NCBI GenBank assembly: GCA_035651275.1
Contig: DASRFZ010000189.1
Coordinates: 749 to 64,748 of the forward strand
DNA: 64,000 nt
Direction: 5' to 3'
DNA from: Mycobacterium sp.
GTDB taxonomy: Bacteria > Actinomycetota > Actinomycetes > Mycobacteriales > Mycobacteriaceae
A program made the position numbers and the translations under genes. The notes beneath the pieces were generated by a model. It was not told where the DNA came from. It did no database searches and was given only the letters and a program-made list of their open reading frames with translations. Below, one piece after another: positions 34,316-45,645 of the stretch; the stretch's first letter is position 1; each line of letters starts with the position of its first letter.

Positions 34316-37300
34316 TCAGCCGCCGAGACAGCTCGGACCGAGCAGTGCCTTCAAGTCCCCCATCAACGCCGAGGACGGCGTCACCCGCAACGACTGGTCG
34401 AGTTCGAGGGTGGTCACCCGGTCCCCGCTAACCAGCCGCAAATGCACCTGAGCCGTACCCGGATGCCGCGCCAGCACCTGTTTGAGCGCAGTGACCTTGT
34501 CTGGCGTGCACTGCCGGGTTGGCATGCTCACGGCCACCGGCCGGTTTGCAGCTGCATGGGAAAAGTCCGGCACGACAAGGTCGTTCGCGATCAAGCACAC
34601 CCTATCGTCCTGGATGCGCACCTTGCCGGTCACCAATACCACGGCGTCGTCGACAATCTCGGAGCTCTTCGTGGCGTAGATGTGCGGGAAGAACATCACC
34701 TCGATGCCACCCGTCAGGTCCTCGAGTTGCGCTGAGGCCCACGGCAATCCGTTCTTGTTGACCCGCCGGTTCACCGACGCCAGGATTCCGCCCACCCGCA
34801 CCATCGCATCGTTGGGCACGTCGCCGTCCAGAATCGCCGGGATCTGCGTGTCGACCTGCCCGGCCAGCAGATGCGCCACACCGTCGAGCGGATGCCCAGA
34901 CACGTACAGCCCCAGCATCTCTCGCTCCAGCGCGAGCTTGTGCTTGTCGTCCCACTCGTCGTCGGGCACCTTGATGGTGAACACCGCGTCTGTGCCCCCG
35001 TCGGCAGCGTCGGCGCCGAACAGGTCGAACTGGCCCATCGCCTCGGCCTTCTTGGTGCCGAGCACCGAGTCGACCGCGTCGGTGTGCACCAAGAAGAGGC
35101 CCTTGCGCGGATGCCCGAGCGAGTCGAATGCACCGGCCTTGATCAGCGACTCGGTTACCCTCCTGTTGCATGCCGCGATGTCGATCTTGTTGAGGTAGTC
35201 GGAGAAGTCGGTGAATTTGCCTCTGTCGCTTCGCGTTCCGATGATCGAACCGACGACGTTGGCGCCGACGTTGCGCACCGCGCCGAGTCCGTAACGGATG
35301 TCGGTGCCGACGGACGCGAAGTTCAGGCCGGACTCGTTGACGTCGGGCGGCAGCACCGTGATGCCCAGCTTGCGGCAGTCGGCCAGGTAGACGGCGGCCT
35401 TGTCCTTGTCGTCCCCGACCGACGTCAGCAGGCCGGCCATGTACTCGGCCGGATAGTTCGCCTTCAAGTACGCGGTCCAGTACGACACCATCGCATAGCC
35501 GGCTGCATGCGACTTGTTGAACGCATAGTCGGCGAACGGCAACACCGTGTTCCACAGCGCCTTGATCGCCGCGGCGGAAAACCCGTTGGCGCGCATGCCT
35601 TCTGCGAAGCCCTCATACTCCTTGTCGAGCACGGCGCGCTTCTTCTTGCCCATGGCCTTGCGCAAGATGTCGGCTCGTGCCAGCGAGTAGCCGGCGACCT
35701 TCTGCGCGATGCGCATGATCTGTTCCTGGTAGACGATCAAGCCGTACGTCTCGGCCAGGATCTCCTCGAGAGGTTCGGCCAGTTCGGGGTGAATGGGTTT
35801 GACGGCTTGGCGGCCGTTCTTGCGGTCGGCGTATTCGTTGTGGGCGTTCTGCCCCATCGGGCCGGGCCGGTATAGCGCGATGACGGCGATGATGTCCTCG
35901 AACCCGGTGGGCTGCATACGGCGCAGCAGGTCACGCATCGGACCGCCGTCGAGCTGGAAGACCCCCAGTGTCTCCCCGCGGCCCAACAGGTCATAGGTGG
36001 CTTTGTCGTCGAGCGGCAGTGACTCGAGGTCGACGTCAATTCCCCTGTTGGCCTTGATGTTGTCGATCGCGTCGCCGATGATCGTCAGGTTGCGAAGCCC
36101 GAGGAAGTCCATTTTCAGCAGGCCGATGCTTTCGCACCGCTCGTAGTCCCAACCGGTGATCACCGCGCCGTCCTGCGGGCGCTTCCACAGCGGGATCACG
36201 TCGACGAGCGGCTCGGAGCTCATGATCACCGCACACGCGTGCACGCCGGAGTTGCGGATCAGCCCTTCCAGCCCCAGCGCCGTGTCGTAGATCGTGCGCA
36301 CTTCGGGGTCGGTGTCGATGAGGCCGCGGACCTCGGCGGCCTCCTTGTAGCGCTCGTGGCTGGGGTCGGTGATGCCGGACAGCGGGATGTCCTTGGCCAT
36401 GATCGGCGGCGGCAACGCCTTGGTGATCCGGTCGGCGATCGAAAAGCCCGGCTGGCCGAAGTGGATACGCGCCGAATCCTTCAGCGCTGCTTTGGTTTTG
36501 ATGGTACCGAAGGTGATGACCTGCGCGACCCGATCGGTGCCGTACTTCTCCGTCGCGTAGCGCAGCATCTCGCCGCGGCGGCGGTCGTCGAAGTCGATGT
36601 CGATGTCGGGCATCGACGTGCGCTCCGGGTTCAGGAAGCGCTCGAACAGCAGGCCGTGCGGGATCGGGTCGATGTCGGTGATGCCGAGCGCGTACGCGAC
36701 GAGTGAGCCCGCCGCCGAGCCGCGGCCCGGGCCCACCCGGATCGCGACTGAGCGGGCGTAGCTGACGAGGTCGGCGACGATCAGGAAGTACGACGGAAAA
36801 CCCTTGTCGCAGATCACTTGTATCTCGTAGGCGGCGCGGTCGGCGTACCCGTCGGGCAGCCCGTCGGGGAACCGCCGCCGCAGCCCGGCGTCGACCTCAT
36901 GGCGCAGCCACGACGCCTCGTCGTGGCCGTCGGGAACGCCGAAGACCGGCATCCGGTTACGCGGCTGCCAGACGCCCGCATAGGATTGCACGCGCTCCGC
37001 GATCAGCAGCGTGGCGTCACACGCGCCGGGGACCTGTGCGTCCCACAGCTGACGCATGTCGGCGGCGGACTTCAGGTAGTAGCCGTCCCCCTCGAACTTG
37101 AACCGGTTGGGGTCCGACAGCGTCTTGCCGGTCTGCACGCACAGCAGCGCCTCGTGGTTGTGCGCGGCGTCGCGGGTGACGTAGTGACAGTCGTTGGTGG
37201 CCAACGGCGTAATGGCCAGGGTGCGGCCGATCTCGAGCAGCCCGTCGCGCACCCGGCGCTCGATGTCGAGCCCGTGGTCCATCAGCTCGAGGAAGTAGTT

Positions 37301-37852
37301 CTCGGCGCCGAAGATCTCCCGCCACTTGCCGGCGGCCTCCAACGCCTCGCGGAACTGCCCTAGCCGAAGCCGCACCTGCACTTCGCCGGACGGGCATCCG
37401 GTGGTGGCGATGATGCCGCCGGCGTGTTCGGCGATCAGTTCGGCATCCATGCGCGCCCATTTGCCCAGCTGGCCTTCGAACGAGGCCAGCGACGACAGCT
37501 TGAACAGGTTGCGCAGGCCTTCGGCGTTCTCGGCGACCATCGTCAGATGCGTGTAGGAGCCGCTGCCGGAGACGTCGTCGTCCTTCTGGCTGGGGTCGCC
37601 CCAGAACACCCGCTTGGTGTCGAACCGCGAGCCGGGCGCGACGTAAGCCTCGATCCCGATGATCGGCTTGATGCCCGCCGCGGTGGCCTCGGTGTAGAAC
37701 TCGCTGGCGCCGAACATGTTTCCGTGATCGGTCATGCCGATGGCGGGCATGTCCAGCCGCTGCGCCTCGGCCAGCATCGGCGCGATCTTCGCGGCACCGT
37801 CCAGCATCGAGTATTCGGTGTGGTTGTGCAGGTGCACGAACGAGCGGTTCAT
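34316..37852 (-). CDS. dnaE1: DNA polymerase III alpha subunit DnaE1 (no intein seen)
   Basis: [50 protein letters not shown] fold; 1178 aa. Confidence 0.98.
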   Translation of the reverse strand: MNRSFVHLHNHTEYSMLDGAAKIAPMLAEAQRLDMPAIGMTDHGNMFGASEFYTEATAAGIKPIIGIEAYVAPGSRFDTKRVFWGDPSQKDDDVSGSGSYTHLTMVAENAEGLRNLFKLSSLASFEGQLGKWARMDAELIAEHAGGIIATTGCPSGEVQVRLRLGQFREALEAAGKWREIFGAENYFLELMDHGLDIERRVRDGLLEIGRTLAITPLATNDCHYVTRDAAHNHEALLCVQTGKTLSDPNRFKFEGDGYYLKSAADMRQLWDAQVPGACDATLLIAERVQSYAGVWQPRNRMPVFGVPDGHDEASWLRHEVDAGLRRRFPDGLPDGYADRAAYEIQVICDKGFPSYFLIVADLVSYARSVAIRVGPGRGSAAGSLVAYALGITDIDPIPHGLLFERFLNPERTSMPDIDIDFDDRRRGEMLRYATEKYGTDRVAQVITFGTIKTKAALKDSARIHFGQPGFSIADRITKALPPPIMAKDIPLSGITDPSHERYKEAAEVRGLIDTDPEVRTIYDTALGLEGLIRNSGVHACAVIMSSEPLVDVIPLWKRPQDGAVITGWDYERCESIGLLKMDFLGLRNLTIIGDAIDNIKANRGIDVDLESLPLDDKATYDLLGRGETLGVFQLDGGPMRDLLRRMQPTGFEDIIAVIALYRPGPMGQNAHNEYADRKNGRQAVKPIHPELAEPLEEILAETYGLIVYQEQIMRIAQKVAGYSLARADILRKAMGKKKRAVLDKEYEGFAEGMRANGFSAAAIKALWNTVLPFADYAFNKSHAAGYAMVSYWTAYLKANYPAEYMAGLLTSVGDDKDKAAVYLADCRKLGITVLPPDVNESGLNFASVGTDIRYGLGAVRNVGANVVGSIIGTRSDRGKFTDFSDYLNKIDIAACNRRVTESLIKAGAFDSLGHPRKGLFLVHTDAVDSVLGTKKAEAMGQFDLFGADAADGGTDAVFTIKVPDDEWDDKHKLALEREMLGLYVSGHPLDGVAHLLAGQVDTQIPAILDGDVPNDAMVRVGGILASVNRRVNKNGLPWASAQLEDLTGGIEVMFFPHIYATKSSEIVDDAVVLVTGKVRIQDDRVCLIANDLVVPDFSHAAANRPVAVSMPTRQCTPDKVTALKQVLARHPGTAQVHLRLVSGDRVTTLELDQSLRVTPSSALMGDLKALLGPSCLGG

Positions 37853-37914
37853 AGGCTCGTCAGTCTATGGCGGCCCACCGACGCAGCCCGGCGTGTCGGA
37901 GGCGTGTGTTGCAG

Positions 37915-39285
37915 TTACGCCGGTTTGCGCAGCAGGTTGGCCATGTCGGTAGCCTGCTGCAGGGTCAGATTGCCGGAAATCTCCAGGCCCGGCGACGTGA
38001 TGGCCTGGGTGATCTTGGGCGCGAAGACGACGACGCCGTCGCGCAGAAACGCGAGCTGGGTGCCCACGTGCTGGGCGGTGTAGGCGCCGAATGTGGTGGC
38101 CGACGCCTGGTCCATGGTCAGGCGCACGACGTGGAAGTCTGACGTCGGCGCCTTGACGGTGTCGACGTGCGTGAGCGTCACCTCCATCACCTGCGGCCCA
38201 AGCACGTAGGCGGCTGTGCGCATGAAATCACACCGGGTGATCGGGTCCGTCGGCGCCGCGACCGGCAGCGGGCCCTCCCCGGGACATTGGTCGGGAGAGC
38301 GGATGTCGGTCACCGGTCGCACTTGGAGCGGCCGAATGTTCTCCGTCGGCACCAGGGGGTGGCTGGTCACCGTCGCTTGTCCGGGAATCTGTTTCGACAG
38401 GCCGCCGCCGAAAAGCTGGGTCCACAGGCTGGCGACGATCGCGACGCCGATGCCGAGGCAGGCCACCAGCGCGACGAGTGCAACTGCCCTGGCCAACAAC
38501 TTGTTGCGTCGCCGGCGGTCATGTCGCGGCGGCGCCACGGGTTCGGGGGGTGGGAGCGGCTGCGTGGTACGCGCGGCCGGCCTGATCGGCTCGGGTCGCG
38601 CGCCGGCCGGGGTGACGATCGCTCGGCGCAATGCCGCGGCGAAGTCCGAACACCGCGGAAACCTCACGCCCGGCTGTTTGGCCAGTTCGTTCGCCAGGCC
38701 CGGATTCGCATGCCTGCCCAGTGTCTTGCCCGTCAGCAGCTGGTAAGCGGTGGCGGCTAGCGAGTGCAGGGCCGCATGTTCGTCATCGACGCTTTGCCCG
38801 ATTCCCAAGTCGGCCAACAGAACTCGCCGAGCGTTGCCGTCTGCACCGGTGAGGATGATGTCGGCCGGCTTCACACCGCGATGGTTGAGTCCCCGATCAT
38901 GGGCGTAGTCGAGCGCGCTTGCGACGGCGTCGACAATCGACGTCACACGATCGACTGGCACGCCTTGCGGATGTGCGTCGGCGAGCAGCCGCTGGGCATC
39001 GATGCCCTCGACGTAGTCCGACGAGATCCACAGTCGGCCGTCGAATTCACCATGCTCGCGCACCGCGACGATGTTCGGGTGCGACAGCGTGACGGCGATA
39101 GCCGCATCGCGTTGAAACCGTTGCCGGAAGTCGTCGTCGGCAGAGACTTCACCCGGCAGAATTTTCAGCGCAACCCCACCTGCCAATCCCGGCTTGTGCG
39201 CCAGATAGACCTCGCCGGTCTCCCCCGAACCCAGCCGGGAATCGACGACGAACCCCGCGAAGGCCGTACCGCTCGCCAACGGCAT
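37915..39285 (-). CDS. PknI-like Ser/Thr pseudokinase - TM - SecD/SecF P1-head-like domain
   Basis: GSGETG, VALK, HRG(V)KPAD in place of HRDxKPxN, DLG, no activation segment or APE; one TM; C-terminal QLAFLRDGVVVFAPKI...ISGNLT..QA..MA. Confidence 0.75.
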   Translation of the reverse strand: MPLASGTAFAGFVVDSRLGSGETGEVYLAHKPGLAGGVALKILPGEVSADDDFRQRFQRDAAIAVTLSHPNIVAVREHGEFDGRLWISSDYVEGIDAQRLLADAHPQGVPVDRVTSIVDAVASALDYAHDRGLNHRGVKPADIILTGADGNARRVLLADLGIGQSVDDEHAALHSLAATAYQLLTGKTLGRHANPGLANELAKQPGVRFPRCSDFAAALRRAIVTPAGARPEPIRPAARTTQPLPPPEPVAPPRHDRRRRNKLLARAVALVALVACLGIGVAIVASLWTQLFGGGLSKQIPGQATVTSHPLVPTENIRPLQVRPVTDIRSPDQCPGEGPLPVAAPTDPITRCDFMRTAAYVLGPQVMEVTLTHVDTVKAPTSDFHVVRLTMDQASATTFGAYTAQHVGTQLAFLRDGVVVFAPKITQAITSPGLEISGNLTLQQATDMANLLRKPA

Positions 39286-39314
39286 GGGCCGATGCTACAG
39301 GTGCCGCCGCCCGG

Positions 39315-40541
39315 TCATGTTTGCTCCGCAAGGCACGAGCCGAGGTAGTCGCGTACGCCCGCGTCACGCGTCAACTCGATGGCGCGCGAGTAGGCCTGCG
39401 CGGCAGCGATTTCCGAGCCAGCTCGGGCAAGCAGATGCGCCCTGGTTGCCCAGTACGGTTGGAAAGCGCCGACAGCTGCGCCGTCAATCGCGTCGAGCGC
39501 CGCGAGTCCGGCTTGTGGGCCGTCGATCTCGGCGTCGACGGCAGCCAACGCCACCGCTGCGCCCAGCGACGGCGCGAGTCCGACCAGTCCGCGATGCAGC
39601 GTGCGCAGCGCATGCCAGTCCGTTCGCCCGCTGCGGGCACGATCGCAGTGCGCGGACTGTATTGCCGCCTCGAGTTGATACCGGCCAGGACGGCCCCAGC
39701 CATGGGCACGCGCAAGCAGCGCCTCGCCCCGGTCGATCAACGCGCGATCCCACAACGAGGTGTCCTGCTCGTCGAGCGGCACGAACCTCCCGTCGGCAGT
39801 GCGTCGGGCAGCTCTGCGTGCCTCCGACAAGCACAGCAGCGCCGCGAGGCCGAGCACTTCGGGTTCGTCGGGCAGCAATTCGACCAGCACGAGCGCGAGA
39901 TGCATTGCCTCACCGGACAATGACTCGGCGGGCGCGCCGCGGCCCGGCCAGTCGATGGCGTATGCGCCGTATACGGCTTCCAACACGGCAGGGAGCCGCT
40001 CGGCCAAATCAGCACGCTCTGGCAGGACAAACGGGATGCGGGCGACGCGGATTCGCCGCTTAGCCCGCACCAGCCGCTGCGCCATCGTTGACGACGGCAC
40101 CGCGAACGCCTGCGCAATCGAGTCGGCGTCGGCGCCGAGGACCGTCTGCAGCATCAGCGGTGTGCGAACGTTTTCGGCGATCGCGGGATGGGCGCACACC
40201 AGCATCAGTTCCAGCCGTCGGTCCAGGACGGCGTCCGCGCCGACGTCGATACTCTCTGTCGCACGGTCGGTTTCGAGCAGCGGCTCGGTCATCCGGTAGC
40301 CGTGCGACTTCCAGACGTCGCGGAGGCGGTTACGTGCCACGGTCAAGATCCAGCTTTCGGGGTTGTCCGGGATCCCGTCGTCGGGCCACCGCGTCAGCGC
40401 GCGTTCGAGCGCGTCGGCGATCGCGTCTTCGGCGGCGGGTATGTCACCGGTCGGTGCCGCGAGCAACGCAAGCAGCCGGCCGTACGAGTCGCGGGTGATG
40501 CCCGCGACCCGTGCCGGCACGTCCTCTACGGCGTGTACCAC
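39315..40541 (-). CDS. ECF sigma factor with C-terminal TPR extension (ECF42 type)
   Basis: sigma2 (AEDAIADA, WILTVARNR), sigma4 (TMAQRLVRAK), DUF6596-like VLEAVYG, TPR tail (YQLEAAIQ, YWATRAHLL). Confidence 0.88.
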   Translation of the reverse strand: MVHAVEDVPARVAGITRDSYGRLLALLAAPTGDIPAAEDAIADALERALTRWPDDGIPDNPESWILTVARNRLRDVWKSHGYRMTEPLLETDRATESIDVGADAVLDRRLELMLVCAHPAIAENVRTPLMLQTVLGADADSIAQAFAVPSSTMAQRLVRAKRRIRVARIPFVLPERADLAERLPAVLEAVYGAYAIDWPGRGAPAESLSGEAMHLALVLVELLPDEPEVLGLAALLCLSEARRAARRTADGRFVPLDEQDTSLWDRALIDRGEALLARAHGWGRPGRYQLEAAIQSAHCDRARSGRTDWHALRTLHRGLVGLAPSLGAAVALAAVDAEIDGPQAGLAALDAIDGAAVGAFQPYWATRAHLLARAGSEIAAAQAYSRAIELTRDAGVRDYLGSCLAEQT

Positions 40542-40906
40542 TCGCCGCGCTCGTGGCTGTATGTTCGTGCCACCGGCCGGATCTCGATCGAACCCCAGGC
40601 GGCCGCCGGGTTGCGTTTGGCCCAGTCGAGCGCGGCGTCGAGGTCGGGAACGTCGATTACGAAGACCCCGCCCAGCCGCTCCTTCGTGTCGGCGAACGGG
40701 CCGTCCTGGATTTCCGGTGAACCGTTGCGGGCGGTGACAGTGGTGCTGGCAGCGCTCGCTTCGAGCACCTGCGTGGTGACGAGCACGCCGGCCTTGTCAA
40801 GATCGCGTGCGTAGGCCTGGAACGCGGCCATGGCGGGCGCCATGTCCTCTTCGGTCAGGCCGATCTCGCTGGCCTCTTGGTAGTGCATGAGCAGGCAGTA
40901 CCGCAT
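40526..40906 (-). CDS. YciI/DGPF family protein
   Basis: QDGPFADTKERLGG, AWGSIEIRP; GGAGGA RBS before ATG 40906. Confidence 0.9.
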   Translation of the reverse strand: MRYCLLMHYQEASEIGLTEEDMAPAMAAFQAYARDLDKAGVLVTTQVLEASAASTTVTARNGSPEIQDGPFADTKERLGGVFVIDVPDLDAALDWAKRNPAAAWGSIEIRPVARTYSHERGEWYTP

Positions 40907-40943
40907 GTCGCTGTCCTCCGTGGTGTCGTTGTCGTCGAGCCTG

Positions 40944-41858
40944 TCACCGTGATGACGATTCAGGGACGACCAGATCGACATCTTCGTCCGGAATTTCAGG
41001 CCGGCGCTTCAACGCGTCCATCGTGAGCAGCGCGAGCGCCAACCAGATCAGCGCGAAACCCGCCCACCGAGCGGCGGGCATCGCCTCGTGATCGATCAAC
41101 ACACCCCACAACATCTGCAGACCGGGATTCAGGTACTGCAACAGCCCCAGCGTGACCAGCGGCAGCCGCTGGGCCGCCGCGGCAAACATCAGCAACGGGA
41201 TGGCGGTCACCGGACCCGACAACACCATCAGCGCGGTGTGGCCCTCACCGTGCCCGACGAAGTGCGCATGACCACTCACCTGAAGCGCGATCAGATAGCC
41301 CGCGGCGAGCGGCAGCGCCAGCAGCGATTCGACGGCGACGCTCACCCGCGGATCCGCGGTCACGATCTTTTTGACCAGCCCGTACAACCCGAACGACGTC
41401 GCCAGCGCCAACGCGATCACCGGAACCCCGCCGACCTGCATGGTGAGCAACGCAACCGCCGCGACCGCGATTACGAGCGCGACGAGCTGCGGCCGCCGGA
41501 TGCGCTCACGCAGAATCACCACTCCCAGCGCAACCGACACCAGCGGGTTGATGAAATAACCGAGCGCGGCGTCGACAACATGGCCGTTCGTAACAGCGTA
41601 AATGTATGTGCCCCAATTGATCCCGATCAGCGCAGAGGCGCATGCGAGCAACAGCCAGGTCTGCCTGCTGAGCCGTCGTAGCTCACTGAGCTTGCGCCCG
41701 ACGAGCAGCACGACCACCAAGAACACCGCAGTCCACACGTACCGGTGCGCCAGTACCTCTATCGCCCCGGCAGGCAACAGCAACGGGAAGAAACCGGGGA
41801 ACAATCCCCACCAAACGTAGGCGCCGACGCCGAAGAGCAGCCCGGACCGCCGCGTCAT
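40944..41858 (-). CDS. rarD: EamA/RarD family transporter
   Basis: [26 protein letters not shown]; ATGA overlap with rluD. Confidence 0.9.
   Translation of the reverse strand: MTRRSGLLFGVGAYVWWGLFPGFFPLLLPAGAIEVLAHRYVWTAVFLVVVLLVGRKLSELRRLSRQTWLLLACASALIGINWGTYIYAVTNGHVVDAALGYFINPLVSVALGVVILRERIRRPQLVALVIAVAAVALLTMQVGGVPVIALALATSFGLYGLVKKIVTADPRVSVAVESLLALPLAAGYLIALQVSGHAHFVGHGEGHTALMVLSGPVTAIPLLMFAAAAQRLPLVTLGLLQYLNPGLQMLWGVLIDHEAMPAARWAGFALIWLALALLTMDALKRRPEIPDEDVDLVVPESSSR
40952..40980 (-). promoter_or_regulatory. Putative ECF42-dependent promoter TGTCGAT-N16-CGTC inside the 3' end of rarD
   Basis: Minus strand TGTCGAT ctggtcgtccctgaat CGTCAT, upstream of the DGPF gene; matches the ECF42 consensus as recalled. 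Confidence 0.7.
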
Positions 41859-42778
41859 TGGCCACGCAACACGTCGAGAGCGTGCTGCAAGTCGTCCGGG
41901 TACGGGGCGGTGATCTCGACCCGGCGACCGTCGGCGGGGTGCGTGAACGCCAGTGACCGCGCATGCAGCCATTGCCGTTGCAACCCAAGCTTTTTCGCAA
42001 GGGTCGGATCGGCACCGTAGACCATGTCGCCGACACACGGATGGTGCACAGCGGCGAAGTGCACGCGAATCTGGTGCGTGCGGCCGGTTTCCAGATGGAC
42101 GTCGAGCAAGCTCGCAGCGCGAAACGCCTCCACGGTGTCGTAGTGGGTGATGCTGTGCCTACCGTCTTCGGTGACCGCGAACTTCCACTCGGGGCCCCGG
42201 TGCCGCCCGATCGGCGCGTCGATCGTGCCGCTGGACGGGTCCGGATGTCCTTGCACCAGCGCGTGATAACGCTTGTCTACGGTGCGCTGCTTGAATGCGC
42301 GCTTCAACACGGTGTAGGCACGCTCCGACAGCGCGACAACCATCACTCCCGAGGTGCCGACGTCGAGGCGGTGCACGATGCCCTGACGCTCGTGCACCCC
42401 CGACGTCGAGATCCGGAAACCCGCGGCGGCCAACCCGCCGAGCACCGTCGGGCCGGTCCAACCGACAGACGCGTGCGCGGCAACGGCCGCGGGCTTGTCG
42501 ACGGCGACGATGTCGTCGTCGGCGTAAAGAACGCTCATGCCGGCCACTTCTTCGACTCGGTTGTCAGGCGGGGCGGGCGGCGCGGGCAGCCGCACATCGA
42601 GCCACGCCCCGGCGGTCAGTTTGTCCGACTTGCCCGCGCGGGCGCCATCGATTTCTACGGCGCCTTCCTCGGCCAGAGCGGCCGCCGCTGTCCGCGACAA
42701 CCCAAGCAGCCGGGCCAGGCCGGCGTCGACGCGCATTCCGGCCAGCCCGTCGGGAACAGGCATCGACCGCTCAGTCAT
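41855..42778 (-). CDS. rluD: RluA/RluD family pseudouridine synthase
   Basis: S4 domain (RVDAGLA), [26 protein letters not shown]. Confidence 0.93.
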   Translation of the reverse strand: MTERSMPVPDGLAGMRVDAGLARLLGLSRTAAAALAEEGAVEIDGARAGKSDKLTAGAWLDVRLPAPPAPPDNRVEEVAGMSVLYADDDIVAVDKPAAVAAHASVGWTGPTVLGGLAAAGFRISTSGVHERQGIVHRLDVGTSGVMVVALSERAYTVLKRAFKQRTVDKRYHALVQGHPDPSSGTIDAPIGRHRGPEWKFAVTEDGRHSITHYDTVEAFRAASLLDVHLETGRTHQIRVHFAAVHHPCVGDMVYGADPTLAKKLGLQRQWLHARSLAFTHPADGRRVEITAPYPDDLQHALDVLRGQ

Positions 42779-43340
42779 GCGGATGGTCGTCGGCCGACCT
42801 GCGCCTGCCGGGCGTGTCGAAGTCGTAACCGAACAACGACAACGCGACCAGCAGCACCGCGCCACACACCACCGACGCGTCGGCGACGTTGAACACCGGC
42901 CACCAGCCGACCGACAGGAAGTCCACTACCTGCCCGCGCAGCGGTCCCGGCGACCGGAAGAACCGATCGACCAGATTGCCCAGCGCCCCGCCCAGGATCA
43001 TGCCGAGGCCGACAGCCCACCACGGCGACACCAGCCGGCGGCCCATCCAGACGATGCCGGCGACCACAGCAGTCGCGATCAATGTGAGCACCCAGGTGGA
43101 CCCGATCGTCATCGAGAACGCCGCGCCGGAGTTGCGCACCAGCGTCCACGTCACCGTGTCGCCGATGATCGGCACAGGCTGACCGGGGGTGAGCAGCCGG
43201 ACGGCGATGACCTTGGTGACGATGTCGACGGCCAGAACCACGGCGGCGACCACGATCAGCATCAGGATCCGCCGGCGCGCGGGCGGCCGGGTGACCTCGT
43301 CGGTGTCGGTTGCCGGCCGCGTGGTGGAGTCGTCGCTCAC
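42771..43340 (-). CDS. lspA: Lipoprotein signal peptidase II
   Basis: [31 protein letters not shown]. Confidence 0.95.
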   Translation of the reverse strand: MSDDSTTRPATDTDEVTRPPARRRILMLIVVAAVVLAVDIVTKVIAVRLLTPGQPVPIIGDTVTWTLVRNSGAAFSMTIGSTWVLTLIATAVVAGIVWMGRRLVSPWWAVGLGMILGGALGNLVDRFFRSPGPLRGQVVDFLSVGWWPVFNVADASVVCGAVLLVALSLFGYDFDTPGRRRSADDHPHD

Positions 43341-43394
43341 TTCTCCATCATCCCTCTCCGCCTTTTTCCGACGGGTTCCAGGCATGATTCCGCC

Positions 43395-44288
43395 ATGAGC
43401 CGCGTCGTCGTCATCACCACCGGCGGAACCATCGCGTCGGTTGCCGACGCGGGCGGGGTGCTGCGGCCTGCGCGCACCGGAGCCGAGCTGCTCTCCGGCG
43501 TCGATCGCGACGTGGAGGTCGTCGACCTGATGCGCAAGGACAGCTCCGAGCTGACGCTTGCCGACTGGGACGCCATCTCCGCGGCGATCTCCGCCGCAGT
43601 CGACGGCGGCGCATCCGGCGTCGTCGTCAGCCACGGCACCGACACGATGGAGGAGACCGCTCTATGGCTCGAGCTCACCTATGACGGCGACGTGCCGGTG
43701 ATCCTGACCGGCGCCGCCAGAAGCGCGGACGTACCGGACTCCGACGGTCCGGCGAATCTGCGCCACGCAGTCACGCGGGCCGCGTCCGCGGACGCCCGCG
43801 GGCGCGGCGTGGTGATCTGCTTCGGCGGGAAGGCGCTGGCCCCATTGGGCACGCAGAAGGTCGCGGGCGGCTTCGACGGGCCGTCGGCAACCGACGGTAA
43901 GGACCGGCCGTTCCTCGGATGCGCGTCGGCGGTCACCGCACCGCGCGTTGACGTCGTCGCGTGCTACCTGGGGGCGGACAGCGTCGCGCTCGACGCGTGC
44001 GTGGCCGCCGGAGCGCGGGGCGTGGTGCTGGAGGGTCTCGGGTCGGGCAACGCGGGGCCGCCGGTGATCGACGCGGTCCGCCGCCACTGCGCCGACGGCG
44101 TGACCGTCGCGGTTTCGACTCGCGTCTCGTTTGGCGGTGTCGGTTCTCGCTATGGGCCTGGTCGGGAATTGGTGGACGCCGGCGCGGTCGCGGTGCCGCG
44201 ACTCGGCCCACCCCAGGCGCGGGTGCTCCTCATGGCGGCGTTGGCCACGGGGTCACCGGTCCGCGAGGTCGTCAGTCGCTGGGGCTGA
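43395..44288 (+). CDS. ansA: L-asparaginase
   Basis: [25 protein letters not shown]. Confidence 0.93.
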   Translation: MSRVVVITTGGTIASVADAGGVLRPARTGAELLSGVDRDVEVVDLMRKDSSELTLADWDAISAAISAAVDGGASGVVVSHGTDTMEETALWLELTYDGDVPVILTGAARSADVPDSDGPANLRHAVTRAASADARGRGVVICFGGKALAPLGTQKVAGGFDGPSATDGKDRPFLGCASAVTAPRVDVVACYLGADSVALDACVAAGARGVVLEGLGSGNAGPPVIDAVRRHCADGVTVAVSTRVSFGGVGSRYGPGRELVDAGAVAVPRLGPPQARVLLMAALATGSPVREVVSRWG

Positions 44289-45623
44289 CTCGTCGAGAAG
44301 TCCGGTGACGTATTCGGGCCAGTCGAGGCTGTCGACCGGATTGGCCCGCTGCACGGCGGAGTCGTCGGCGGCAAATGTTCGCGCCGTGCCGGGCCCGCTC
44401 GCCCGGGTCTCGAACCGCACGGTCATCACGCCGTGGCCGGCGCCTTGCACCCACCCGTGGCCCCACTGAGCGTGATCGACGTCGTCGCCGACGCGCCAGC
44501 CGGACGTGGCTGCGGTCGGCGTCGACGCCGACGAGGTGTCGGTTGGCTGCTCCCAAGTGTCGAGGTCGGGAAAGAGCGGTTCCTGACGAACCTCGGACAG
44601 TCCCGAAAAGCCCACGCCGACAAGGCGAATCGGCCCGACGTCGACGGGGTCGAGCAACAGTCGGCGAGCCGCCGCGATCAGCGTGGTGGCCTCGGTCGTG
44701 GCGTACGGCAGCGTCATCGAGCGTGTCAGCGTGCTCATGTCGGAGCGCTTGAGTTTGACCGTCACGGTGCGCGCGCCGCGGCCGTCCTTGGTCAGCCGCT
44801 GATGCGCATGCTCTGCAATCGGACCGATTGTCTGATGCAGTTGGTCCAACGTGGTCAAGTCCTCGGGGAAGGTCGACTCGGCGCTGATCTGCTTGGCCTC
44901 CGCGCGCTCTGCAACCGGGCGGTCGTCGATGCCCTGCGCGAGCCGGTGCAGCGCCGGCCCGACCGTTGCGCCGAGGATGTCGGCCACCTCCGCGTCCGTC
45001 AGTGCGGCAAGCTGCCCGACTGTTTGGATGCCGAGCCGGTGCAGCTTGTCCTCCGCGACCGGCCCGATGCCCCACAGGCGCCGCACCGGCAGGCCGTCCA
45101 GCAGCGGACGCTCGTCGTCTCGGTCGATCACCCGGATGCCGTCGGGCTTGGCCAGGCCGGACCCGATTTTCGCGATCTGCTTTCCCGATCCGGCGCCGAC
45201 CGAGGCGACCAGTCCGGTTTCGTCGCGCACCGTTGCTCTCAACCGCTCGCAGAACTGTTCGACGTCGGCGGCCGTCGCGCCCACGAGTTCTGCCGGTTCG
45301 CCAAAGGCCTCGTCATACGAAAGCTGTTCCAGCACAGGCACTATTGCGCGAACGGTGTCGAAGACACGGTGGCTCGCGACGCCGTAGACCACCCCGCGCG
45401 GCGGCAGGACGACCGCGTGGATTCCGACTTGGCGACGGGCCTGGTGCATCGGCATGGCGGAGCGCGCGCCGAAGACGCGGGCCTCGTAGCTGGCGCCGGC
45501 AACGACCCCTCTCCCGCCCAGCCCGCCGACGAGGACCGGGCGGCCGCGCAACGTGGGGCGCGTCAGCTGCTCGACGGACGCGAAGAACGCGTCCAGGTCG
45601 ACATGTAGCACCCACCGGCCCAC
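44253..45623 (-). CDS. dinX: DNA polymerase IV DinB1 (DinX)
   Basis: [33 protein letters not shown] clamp-binding motif at 44571-44585, C-terminal extension. Confidence 0.95.
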   Translation of the reverse strand: MGRWVLHVDLDAFFASVEQLTRPTLRGRPVLVGGLGGRGVVAGASYEARVFGARSAMPMHQARRQVGIHAVVLPPRGVVYGVASHRVFDTVRAIVPVLEQLSYDEAFGEPAELVGATAADVEQFCERLRATVRDETGLVASVGAGSGKQIAKIGSGLAKPDGIRVIDRDDERPLLDGLPVRRLWGIGPVAEDKLHRLGIQTVGQLAALTDAEVADILGATVGPALHRLAQGIDDRPVAERAEAKQISAESTFPEDLTTLDQLHQTIGPIAEHAHQRLTKDGRGARTVTVKLKRSDMSTLTRSMTLPYATTEATTLIAAARRLLLDPVDVGPIRLVGVGFSGLSEVRQEPLFPDLDTWEQPTDTSSASTPTAATSGWRVGDDVDHAQWGHGWVQGAGHGVMTVRFETRASGPGTARTFAADDSAVQRANPVDSLDWPEYVTGLLDESAPATDDLADR

Positions 45624-45645
45624 GCGAACATGCTAAGGAGATGTC

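Noticed and set aside
34316-37852. Possible intein or split in dnaE
   Set aside because: A continuous 1178-aa ORF of normal DnaE1 length, with no intein-like insertion seen.
44253-44288. 36-bp convergent overlap of ansA and dinB1
   Set aside because: Short tail-to-tail overlaps are common in these genomes and both proteins look complete.
45624-45645. cgaacatgct upstream of dinB1 as a possible SOS box
   Set aside because: Only one half-site is present with no GTTCG partner; mycobacterial dinB1 is not known as LexA-regulated.
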